Source: Eledone cirrhosa
Lineage: Eukaryota
Assembly: GCA_964016885.1 (NCBI GenBank)
Contig: OZ024741.1
Span: 244,714,001 to 244,778,000, forward strand
Direction: 5' to 3'
Length of the DNA stretch: 64,000 bases
The notes under the pieces were generated by a model. The model saw nothing but the letters and a program-made list of their open reading frames with translations, had not been told where the DNA came from and ran no database searches. Position numbers and translations under genes: made by a program. This document shows positions 1 through 10,656 of this stretch, piece after piece. The first letter of the stretch is position 1. Every line of letters begins with the position of its first letter.

Positions 1-146
1 TAGCCAATGAGTGTCTGCACATGTACCAGTAATTACAGATCGATCGGACCACGGGCGGCCGGTTTGCGATTGAAAAGGTAACTCCGCCGGCAAATCGTCA
101 TTTTTGGATTCGTTTTCTTCGAAGCACACCATTCGCCGCCGGACTT

Positions 147-207
147 CAGCTTCCTCATTTAGCATGGGCAGCTTTTCTTGCAAATCACACTACACACAGC
201 AAATCTG
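147..207. repeat. Representative short (61-bp) inter-core linker
   Basis: (c/g)agcttcctcatttagcatgggcagcttttcttg(c/a)aaa is followed by tcacac(t/c)acac(a/t)cagcaaat; it gives the 196-bp period. Confidence 0.92.
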
Positions 208-411
208 TGTCTGCACATGTACCAGTAACTACAGATCGATCCGACCACGGGCGGCCGGCCCGCGATTGAAAAGGTAACTCCGCCAGCAAATCGTCATTTT
301 TTGATTCGTTTTCTTCGAAGCACACCATTCGCCGCCGGACTTTGTTGACGTTTAACACGGTTTGGTTCCACAGCCACAACTATTGATTTTACGGTGATAT
401 CTTGCTGAAAT
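185..411. repeat. Monomer type A (227 bp), representative
   Basis: Head tcacactacacacagcaaatctg, gtaactac, gggcggccggcccgcg, ccgccagc, long tail. Confidence 0.9.
208..342. repeat. Representative 135-bp conserved core shared by all monomer types
   Basis: tgtctgcacatg...ccggactt aligns without gaps between 227-bp and 196-bp monomers; only substitutions differ. Confidence 0.93.
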
Positions 412-434
412 TCACGCCACACATAGCCAATGAG
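343..434. repeat. Representative long (92-bp) inter-core linker
   Basis: tgttgacgtttaacacggtttggttccacagccacaactattgattttacgg(t/a)gatatcttgctgaaat is followed by tcacgccacacata(g/c)ccaatga; it gives the 227-bp period. Confidence 0.92.
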
Positions 435-638
435 TGTCTGCACATGTACCAGTAATTACAGATCGATCCGACCACGGGCGGCCGGTTTGCGATTGAAAAG
501 GTAACTCCGCCGGCAAATCGTCATTTTTGGATTCGTTTTCTTCGAAGCACACCATTCGCCGGCGGACTTTGTTGACGTTTAACACGGTTTGGTTCCACAG
601 CCACAACTATTGATTTTACGGAGATATCTTGCTGAAAT
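412..638. repeat. Monomer type B (227 bp), representative
   Basis: Head tcacgccacacatagccaatgagtg, gggcggccggtttgcg, ccgccggc, long tail. Confidence 0.9.
504..568. other. Intra-monomer inverted repeat (15-bp arms, 13/15 complementary, 35-nt spacer), representative of every core
   Basis: actccgccggcaaat (504-518) vs attcgccggcggact (554-568; reverse complement agtccgccggcgaat). The central 9 bp tccgccggc/gccggcgga are perfect in type B. Confidence 0.8.
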
Positions 639-865
639 TCACGCCACACATAGCCAATGATTGTCTGCACATGTACCAGTAATTACAGATCGATCCGACC
701 ACGGGTGGCCGGCCCGCGATTGAAAAGGTAACTCCGCCAGCAAATCGTCATTTTTGGATTCGTTTTCTTCGAAGCACACCATTCGCCGGCGGACTTTGTT
801 GACGTTTAACACGGTTTGGTTCCACAGCCACAACTATTGATTTTACGGAGATATCTTGCTGAAAT
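639..865. repeat. Monomer type C (227 bp), representative; often doubled (C-C)
   Basis: Head tagccaatgattg, gggtggccggcccgcg, ccgccagc, long tail; a second copy follows at 866-1092. Confidence 0.9.
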
Positions 866-1092
866 TCACGCCACACATAGCCAATGATTGTCTGCACATG
901 TACCAGTAATTACAGATCGATCCGACCACGGGTGGCCGGCCCGCGATTGAAAAGGTAACTCCGCCAGCAAATCGTCATTTTTGGATTCGTTTTCTTCGAA
1001 GCACACCATTCGCCGGCGGACTTTGTTGACGTTTAACACGGTTTGGTTCCACAGCCACAACTATTGATTTTACGGAGATATCTTGCTGAAAT

Positions 1093-1288
1093 TCACGCCA
1101 CACATACCCAATGAGTGTCTGCACATGTACCAGTAATTACAGATCGATCCGCCCACGGGTGGCCGGCCCACGATCTAAAATGTAACTCCGCCGGCAAATC
1201 CGCATTTTTGTGATTAGTTTCTTCGAAGCACACCATTCGCCGCCGGACTTGAGCTTCCTCATTTAGCATGGGCAGCTTTTCTTGAAAA
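1093..1288. repeat. Monomer type D (196 bp), representative; most diverged core
   Basis: tacccaatga, ccgcccacgggtgg, cccacgatctaaaatgtaac, aaatccgcatttttgtgattag, gacttgagc, short tail ending ttgaaaa. Confidence 0.9.
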
Positions 1289-1484
1289 TCACACCACACT
1301 CAGCAAATGTGTGTCTGCACATGTACCAGTAATTACAGATCGATCGGACCACGGGCGGCCGGTTTGCGATTGAAAAGGTAACTCCGCCGGCAAATCGTCA
1401 TTTTTGGATTCGTTTTCTTCGAAGCACACCATTCGCCGCCGGACTTCAGCTTCCTCATTTAGCATGGGCAGCTTTTCTTGCAAA
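1289..1484. repeat. Monomer type E (196 bp), representative
   Basis: Head tcacaccacactcagcaaatgtg, B-like core with gatcggacc, short tail ending ttgcaaa. Confidence 0.9.
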
Positions 1485-3207
1485 TCACACTACACACAGC
1501 AAATCTGTGTCTGCACATGTACCAGTAACTACAGATCGATCCGACCACGGGCGGCCGGCCCGCGATTGAAAAGGTAACTCCGCCAGCAAATCGTCATTTT
1601 TTGATTCGTTTTCTTCGAAGCACACCATTCGCCGCCGGACTTTGTTGACGTTTAACACGGTTTGGTTCCAGAGCCACAACTATTGATTTTACGGTGATAT
1701 CTTGCTGAAATTCACGCCACACATAGCCAATGAGTGTCTGCACATGTACCAGTAATTACAGATCGATCGGACCACGGGCGGCCGGTTTGCGATTGAAAAG
1801 GTAACTCCGCCGGCAAATCGTCATTTTTGGATTCGTTTTCTTCGAAGCACACCATTCGCCGCCGGACTTCAGCTTCCTCATTTAGCATGGGCAGCTTTTC
1901 TTGCAAATCACACTACACACAGCAAATCTGTGTCTGCACATGTACCAGTAACTACAGATCGATCCGACCACGGGCGGCCGGCCCGCGATTGAAAAGGTAA
2001 CTCCGCCAGCAAATCGTCATTTTTTGATTCGTTTTCTTCGAAGCACACCATTCGCCGCCGGACTTTGTTGACGTTTAACACGGTTTGGTTCCACAGCCAC
2101 AACTATTGATTTTACGGTGATATCTTGCTGAAATTCACGCCACACATAGCCAATGAGTGTCTGCACATGTACCAGTAATTACAGATCGATCCGACCACGG
2201 GCGGCCGGTTTGCGATTGAAAAGGTAACTCCGCCGGCAAATCGTCATTTTTGGATTCGTTTTCTTCGAAGCACACCATTCGCCGGCGGACTTTGTTGACG
2301 TTTAACACGGTTTGGTTCCACAGCCACAACTATTGATTTTACGGAGATATCTTGCTGAAATTCACGCCACACATAGCCAATGATTGTCTGCACATGTACC
2401 AGTAATTACAGATCGATCCGACCACGGGTGGCCGGCCCGCGATTGAAAAGGTAACTCCGCCAGCAAATCGTCATTTTTGGATTCGTTTTCTTCGAAGCAC
2501 ACCATTCGCCGGCGGACTTTGTTGACGTTTAACACGGTTTGGTTCCACAGCCACAACTATTGATTTTACGGAGATATCTTGCTGAAATTCACGCCACACA
2601 TAGCCAATGATTGTCTGCACATGTACCAGTAATTACAGATCGATCCGACCACGGGTGGCCGGCCCGCGATTGAAAAGGTAACTCCGCCAGCAAATCGTCA
2701 TTTTTGGATTCGTTTTCTTCGAAGCACACCATTCGCCGGCGGACTTTGTTGACGTTTAACACGGTTTGGTTCCACAGCCACAACTATTGATTTTACGGAG
2801 ATATCTTGCTGAAATTCACGCCACACATACCCAATGAGTGTCTGCACATGTACCAGTAATTACAGATCGATCCGCCCACGGGTGGCCGGCCCACGATCTA
2901 AAATGTAACTCCGCCGGCAAATCCGCATTTTTGTGATTAGTTTCTTCGAAGCACACCATTCGCCGCCGGACTTGAGCTTCCTCATTTAGCATGGGCAGCT
3001 TTTCTTGAAAATCACACCACACTCAGCAAATGTGTGTCTGCACATGTACCAGTAATTACAGATCGATCGGACCACGGGCGGCCGGTTTGCGATTGAAAAG
3101 GTAACTCCGCCGGCAAATCGTCATTTTTGGATTCGTTTTCTTCGAAGCACACCATTCGCCGCCGGACTTCAGCTTCCTCATTTAGCATGGGCAGCTTTTC
3201 TTGCAAA

Positions 3208-5353
3208 TCACACTACACACAGCAAATCTGTGTCTGCACATGTACCAGTAACTACAGATCGATCCGACCACGGGCGGCCGGCCCGCGATTGAAAAGGTAA
3301 CTCCGCCAGCAAATCGTCATTTTTTGATTCGTTTTCTTCGAAGCACACCATTCGCCGCCGGACTTTGTTGACGTTTAACACGGTTTGGTTCCACAGCCAC
3401 AACTATTGATTTTACGGTGATATCTTGCTGAAATTCACGCCACACATAGCCAATGAGTGTCTGCACATGTACCAGTAATTACAGATCGATCCGACCACGG
3501 GCGGCCGGTTTGCGATTGAAAAGGTAACTCCGCCGGCAAATCGTCATTTTTGGATTCGTTTTCTTCGAAGCACACCATTCGCCGGCGGACTTTGTTGACG
3601 TTTAACACGGTTTGGTTCCACAGCCACAACTATTGATTTTACGGAGATATCTTGCTGAAATTCACGCCACACATAGCCAATGATTGTCTGCACATGTACC
3701 AGTAATTACAGATCGATCCGACCACGGGTGGCCGGCCCGCGATTGAAAAGGTAACTCCGCCAGCAAATCGTCATTTTTGGATTCGTTTTCTTCGAAGCAC
3801 ACCATTCGCCGGCGGACTTTGTTGACGTTTAACACGGTTTGGTTCCACAGCCACAACTATTGATTTTACGGAGATATCTTGCTGAAATTCACGCCACACA
3901 TACCCAATGAGTGTCTGCACATGTACCAGTAATTACAGATCGATCCGCCCACGGGTGGCCGGCCCACGATCTAAAATGTAACTCCGCCGGCAAATCCGCA
4001 TTTTTGTGATTAGTTTCTTCGAAGCACACCATTCGCCGCCGGACTTGAGCTTCCTCATTTAGCATGGGCAGCTTTTCTTGAAAATCACACCACACTCAGC
4101 AAATGTGTGTCTGCACATGTACCAGTAATTACAGATCGATCGGACCACGGGCGGCCGGTTTGCGATTGAAAAGGTAACTCCGCCGGCAAATCGTCATTTT
4201 TGGATTCGTTTTCTTCGAAGCACACCATTCGCCGCCGGACTTCAGCTTCCTCATTTAGCATGGGCAGCTTTTCTTGCAAATCACACTACACACAGCAAAT
4301 CTGTGTCTGCACATGTACCAGTAACTACAGATCGATCCGACCACGGGCGGCCGGCCCGCGATTGAAAAGGTAACTCCGCCAGCAAATCGTCATTTTTTGA
4401 TTCGTTTTCTTCGAAGCACACCATTCGCCGCCGGACTTTGTTGACGTTTAACACGGTTTGGTTCCACAGCCACAACTATTGATTTTACGGTGATATCTTG
4501 CTGAAATTCACGCCACACATAGCCAATGAGTGTCTGCACATGTACCAGTAATTACAGATCGATCCGACCACGGGCGGCCGGTTTGCGATTGAAAAGGTAA
4601 CTCCGCCGGCAAATCGTCATTTTTGGATTCGTTTTCTTCGAAGCACACCATTCGCCGGCGGACTTTGTTGACGTTTAACACGGTTTGGTTCCACAGCCAC
4701 AACTATTGATTTTACGGAGATATCTTGCTGAAATTCACGCCACACATAGCCAATGATTGTCTGCACATGTACCAGTAATTACAGATCGATCCGACCACGG
4801 GTGGCCGGCCCGCGATTGAAAAGGTAACTCCGCCAGCAAATCGTCATTTTTGGATTCGTTTTCTTCGAAGCACACCATTCGCCGGCGGACTTTGTTGACG
4901 TTTAACACGGTTTGGTTCCACAGCCACAACTATTGATTTTACGGAGATATCTTGCTGAAATTCACGCCACACATACCCAATGAGTGTCTGCACATGTACC
5001 AGTAATTACAGATCGATCCGCCCACGGGTGGCCGGCCCACGATCTAAAATGTAACTCCGCCGGCAAATCCGCATTTTTGTGATTAGTTTCTTCGAAGCAC
5101 ACCATTCGCCGCCGGACTTGAGCTTCCTCATTTAGCATGGGCAGCTTTTCTTGAAAATCACACCACACTCAGCAAATGTGTGTCTGCACATGTACCAGTA
5201 ATTACAGATCGATCGGACCACGGGCGGCCGGTTTGCGATTGAAAAGGTAACTCCGCCGGCAAATCGTCATTTTTGGATTCGTTTTCTTCGAAGCGCACCA
5301 TTCGCCGCCGGACTTCAGCTTCCTCATTTAGCATGGGCAGCTTTTCTTGCAAA
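3208..5353. repeat. Two tandem copies of the base 5-mer HOR A-B-C-D-E (1073 bp = 3x227 + 2x196)
   Basis: A starts at 3208, 4281, 5354. The same unit recurs at 16414, 29527, 32971, 34467 and 35540. Confidence 0.92.
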
Positions 5354-7272
5354 TCACACTACACACAGCAAATCTGTGTCTGCACATGTACCAGTAACTA
5401 CAGATCGATCCGACCACGGGCGGCCGGCCCGCGATTGAAAAGGTAACTCCGCCAGCAAATCGTCATTTTTTGATTCGTTTTCTTCGAAGCACACCATTCG
5501 CCGCCGGACTTTGTTGACGTTTAACACGGTTTGGTTCCACAGCCACAACTATTGATTTTACGGTGATATCTTGCTGAAATTCACGCCACACATAGCCAAT
5601 GAGTGTCTGCACATGTACCAGTAATTACAGATCGATCGGACCACGGGCGGCCGGTTTGCGATTGAAAAGGTAACTCCGCCGGCAAATCGTCATTTTTGGA
5701 TTCGTTTTCTTCGAAGCACACCATTCGCCGGCGGACTTTGTTGACGTTTAACACGGTTTGGTTCCACAGCCACAACTATTGATTTTACGGAGATATCTTG
5801 CTGAAATTCACGCCACACATAGCCAATGATTGTCTGCACATGTACCAGTAATTACAGATCGATCCGACCACGGGTGGCCGGCCCGCGATTGAAAAGGTAA
5901 CTCCGCCAGCAAATCGTCATTTTTGGATTCGTTTTCTTCGAAGCACACCATTCGCCGGCGGACTTTGTTGACGTTTAACACGGTTTGGTTCCACAGCCAC
6001 AACTATTGATTTTACGGAGATATCTTGCTGAAATTCACGCCACACATAGCCAATGATTGTCTGCACATGTACCAGTAATTACAGATCGATCCGACCACGG
6101 GTGGCCGGCCCGCGATTGAAAAGGTAACTCCGCCAGCAAATCGTCATTTTTGGATTCGTTTTCTTCGAAGCACACCATTCGCCGGCGGACTTTGTTGACG
6201 TTTAACACGGTTTGGTTCCACAGCCACAACTATTGATTTTACGGAGATATCTTGCTGAAATTCACGCCACACATACCCAATGAGTGTCTGCACATGTACC
6301 AGTAATTACAGATCGATCCGCCCACGGGTGGCCGGCCCACGATCTAAAATGTAACTCCGCCGGCAAATCCGCATTTTTGTGATTAGTTTCTTCGAAGCAC
6401 ACCATTCGCCGCCGGACTTGAGCTTCCTCATTTAGCATGGGCAGCTTTTCTTGAAAATCACACCACACTCAGCAAATGTGTGTCTGCACATGTACCAGTA
6501 ATTACAGATCGATCGGACCACGGGCGGCCGGTTTGCGATTGAAAAGGTAACTCCGCCGGCAAATCGTCATTTTTGGATTCGTTTTCTTCGAAGCACACCA
6601 TTCGCCGCCGGACTTCAGCTTCCTCATTTAGCATGGGCAGCTTTTCTTGCAAATCACACTACACACAGCAAATCTGTGTCTGCACATGTACCAGTAACTA
6701 CAGATCGATCCGACCACGGGCGGCCGGCCCGCGATTGAAAAGGTAACTCCGCCAGCAAATCGTCATTTTTTGATTCGTTTTCTTCGAAGCACACCATTCG
6801 CCGCCGGACTTTGTTGACGTTTAACACGGTTTGGTTCCAGAGCCACAACTATTGATTTTACGGTGATATCTTGCTGAAATTCACGCCACACATAGCCAAT
6901 GAGTGTCTGCACATGTACCAGTAATTACAGATCGATCCGCCCACGGGTGGCCGGCCCACGATCTAAAATGTAACTCCGCCGGCAAATCCGCATTTTTGTG
7001 ATTAGTTTCTTCGAAGCACACCATTCGCCGCCGGACTTGAGCTTCCTCATTTAGCATGGGCAGCTTTTCTTGAAAATCACACCACACTCAGCAAATGTGT
7101 GTCTGCACATGTACCAGTAATTACAGATCGATCGGACCACGGGCGGCCGGTTTGCGATTGAAAAGGTAACTCCGCCGGCAAATCGTCATTTTTGGATTCG
7201 TTTTCTTCGAAGCACACCATTCGCCGCCGGACTTCAGCTTCCTCATTTAGCATGGGCAGCTTTTCTTGCAAA

Positions 7273-9356
7273 TCACACTACACACAGCAAATCTGTGTCT
7301 GCACATGTACCAGTAACTACAGATCGATCCGACCACGGGCGGCCGGCCCGCGATTGAAAAGGTAACTCCGCCAGCAAATCGTCATTTTTTGATTCGTTTT
7401 CTTCGAAGCACACCATTCGCCGCCGGACTTTGTTGACGTTTAACACGGTTTGGTTCCAGAGCCACAACTATTGATTTTACGGTGATATCTTGCTGAAATT
7501 CACGCCACACATAGCCAATGAGTGTCTGCACATGTACCAGTAATTACAGATCGATCGGACCACGGGCGGCCGGTTTGCGATTGAAAAGGTAACTCCGCCG
7601 GCAAATCGTCATTTTTGGATTCGTTTTCTTCGAAGCACACCATTCGCCGCCGGACTTCAGCTTCCTCATTTAGCATGGGCAGCTTTTCTTGCAAATCACA
7701 CTACACACAGCAAATCTGTGTCTGCACATGTACCAGTAACTACAGATCGATCCGACCACGGGCGGCCGGCCCGCGATTGAAAAGGTAACTCCGCCAGCAA
7801 ATCGTCATTTTTGGATTCGTTTTCTTCGAAGCACACCATTCGCCGGCGGACTTTGTTGACGTTTAACACGGTTTGGTTCCACAGCCACAACTATTGATTT
7901 TACGGAGATATCTTGCTGAAATTCACGCCACACATACCCAATGAGTGTCTGCACATGTACCAGTAATTACAGATCGATCCGCCCACGGGTGGCCGGCCCA
8001 CGATCTAAAATGTAACTCCGCCGGCAAATCCGCATTTTTGTGATTAGTTTCTTCGAAGCACACCATTCGCCGCCGGACTTGAGCTTCCTCATTTAGCATG
8101 GGCAGCTTTTCTTGAAAATCACACCACACTCAGCAAATGTGTGTCTGCACATGTACCAGTAATTACAGATCGATCGGACCACGGGCGGCCGGTTTGCGAT
8201 TGAAAAGGTAACTCCGCCGGCAAATCGTCATTTTTGGATTCGTTTTCTTCGAAGCACACCATTCGCCGCCGGACTTCAGCTTCCTCATTTAGCATGGGCA
8301 GCTTTTCTTGCAAATCACACTACACACAGCAAATCTGTGTCTGCACATGTACCAGTAACTACAGATCGATCCGACCACGGGCGGCCGGCCCGCGATTGAA
8401 AAGGTAACTCCGCCAGCAAATCGTCATTTTTTGATTCGTTTTCTTCGAAGCACACCATTCGCCGCCGGACTTTGTTGACGTTTAACACGGTTTGGTTCCA
8501 GAGCCACAACTATTGATTTTACGGTGATATCTTGCTGAAATTCACGCCACACATAGCCAATGAGTGTCTGCACATGTACCAGTAATTACAGATCGATCGG
8601 ACCACGGGCGGCCGGTTTGCGATTGAAAAGGTAACTCCGCCGGCAAATCGTCATTTTTGGATTCGTTTTCTTCGAAGCACACCATTCGCCGCCGGACTTC
8701 AGCTTCCTCATTTAGCATGGGCAGCTTTTCTTGCAAATCACACTACACACAGCAAATCTGTGTCTGCACATGTACCAGTAACTACAGATCGATCCGACCA
8801 CGGGCGGCCGGCCCGCGATTGAAAAGGTAACTCCGCCAGCAAATCGTCATTTTTGGATTCGTTTTCTTCGAAGCACACCATTCGCCGGCGGACTTTGTTG
8901 ACGTTTAACACGGTTTGGTTCCACAGCCACAACTATTGATTTTACGGAGATATCTTGCTGAAATTCACGCCACACATACCCAATGAGTGTCTGCACATGT
9001 ACCAGTAATTACAGATCGATCCGCCCACGGGTGGCCGGCCCACGATCTAAAATGTAACTCCGCCGGCAAATCCGCATTTTTGTGATTAGTTTCTTCGAAG
9101 CACACCATTCGCCGCCGGACTTGAGCTTCCTCATTTAGCATGGGCAGCTTTTCTTGAAAATCACACCACACTCAGCAAATGTGTGTCTGCACATGTACCA
9201 GTAATTACAGATCGATCGGACCACGGGCGGCCGGTTTGCGATTGAAAAGGTAACTCCGCCGGCAAATCGTCATTTTTGGATTCGTTTTCTTCGAAGCGCA
9301 CCATTCGCCGCCGGACTTCAGCTTCCTCATTTAGCATGGGCAGCTTTTCTTGCAAA
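7273..9356. repeat. 1042-bp (5-monomer) tandem duplication, A-F-A-D-E
   Basis: Offsets 7273/8315, 7500/8542, 7696/8738, 7923/8965; shared ttccagagcc variant and A/C hybrid monomer. Confidence 0.88.
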
Positions 9357-10656
9357 TCACACTACACACAGCAAATCTGTGTCTGCACATGTACCAGTAA
9401 CTACAGATCGATCCGACCACGGGCGGCCGGCCCGCGATTGAAAAGGTAACTCCGCCAGCAAATCGTCATTTTTTGATTCGTTTTCTTCGAAGCACACCAT
9501 TCGCCGCCGGACTTTGTTGACGTTTAACACGGTTTGGTTCCACAGCCACAACTATTGATTTTACGGTGATATCTTGCTGAAATTCACGCCACACATAGCC
9601 AATGAGTGTCTGCACATGTACCAGTAATTACAGATCGATCGGACCACGGGCGGCCGGTTTGCGATTGAAAAGGTAACTCCGCCGGCAAATCGTCATTTTT
9701 GGATTCGTTTTCTTCGAAGCACACCATTCGCCGGCGGACTTTGTTGACGTTTAACACGGTTTGGTTCCACAGCCACAACTATTGATTTTACGGAGATATC
9801 TTGCTGAAATTCACGCCACACATAGCCAATGATTGTCTGCACATGTACCAGTAATTACAGATCGATCCGACCACGGGTGGCCGGCCCGCGATTGAAAAGG
9901 TAACTCCGCCAGCAAATCGTCATTTTTGGATTCGTTTTCTTCGAAGCACACCATTCGCCGGCGGACTTTGTTGACGTTTAACACGGTTTGGTTCCACAGC
10001 CACAACTATTGATTTTACGGAGATATCTTGCTGAAATTCACGCCACACATAGCCAATGATTGTCTGCACATGTACCAGTAATTACAGATCGATCCGACCA
10101 CGGGTGGCCGGCCCGCGATTGAAAAGGTAACTCCGCCAGCAAATCGTCATTTTTGGATTCGTTTTCTTCGAAGCACACCATTCGCCGGCGGACTTTGTTG
10201 ACGTTTAACACGGTTTGGTTCCACAGCCACAACTATTGATTTTACGGAGATATCTTGCTGAAATTCACGCCACACATACCCAATGAGTGTCTGCACATGT
10301 ACCAGTAATTACAGATCGATCCGCCCACGGGTGGCCGGCCCACGATCTAAAATGTAACTCCGCCGGCAAATCCGCATTTTTGTGATTAGTTTCTTCGAAG
10401 CACACCATTCGCCGCCGGACTTGAGCTTCCTCATTTAGCATGGGCAGCTTTTCTTGAAAATCACACCACACTCAGCAAATGTGTGTCTGCACATGTACCA
10501 GTAATTACAGATCGATCGGACCACGGGCGGCCGGTTTGCGATTGAAAAGGTAACTCCGCCGGCAAATCGTCATTTTTGGATTCGTTTTCTTCGAAGCACA
10601 CCATTCGCCGCCGGACTTCAGCTTCCTCATTTAGCATGGGTAGCTTTTCTTGCAAA

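Larger units (their letters stand above)
1..3393. repeat. 1723-bp (8-monomer) tandem block duplication, F-A-B-C-C-D-E-A
   Basis: Monomer order repeats with offset 1723 (185/1908, 412/2135, 1093/2816). Confidence 0.85.

Noticed and set aside
120-184. Hammerhead ribozyme as in newt, schistosome and cricket satellites (minus strand ctaaatga...gaag)
   Set aside because: No CUGANGA plus GAAA core with the required three stems was found by eye on either strand; a descriptor or Infernal search would be the definitive test.
185-411. tRNA, 5S rRNA or snRNA tandem gene array
   Set aside because: No cloverleaf, no convincing Pol III A/B boxes (ggttccacagcc is a poor B box), and no recognisable 5S or snRNA sequence.
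667-676. p53 half-site at gcacatgtac
   Set aside because: Two mismatches to RRRCWWGYYY and no adjacent second half-site.
759-783. CENP-B box (NTTCGNNNNANNCGGGN)
   Set aside because: The best candidates, cttcgaagcacaccatt and attcgttttcttcgaag, match only 6 of 9 essential positions and lack CGGG.
707-800. HDV-like ribozyme (ggccggc...gccggc gg on plus; ggcgaatgg on minus)
   Set aside because: The resemblances lie on opposite strands; the putative L3 (gcacacca) does not fit the YCCNCGY-type loop and no P2 partner or J4/2 is correctly placed.
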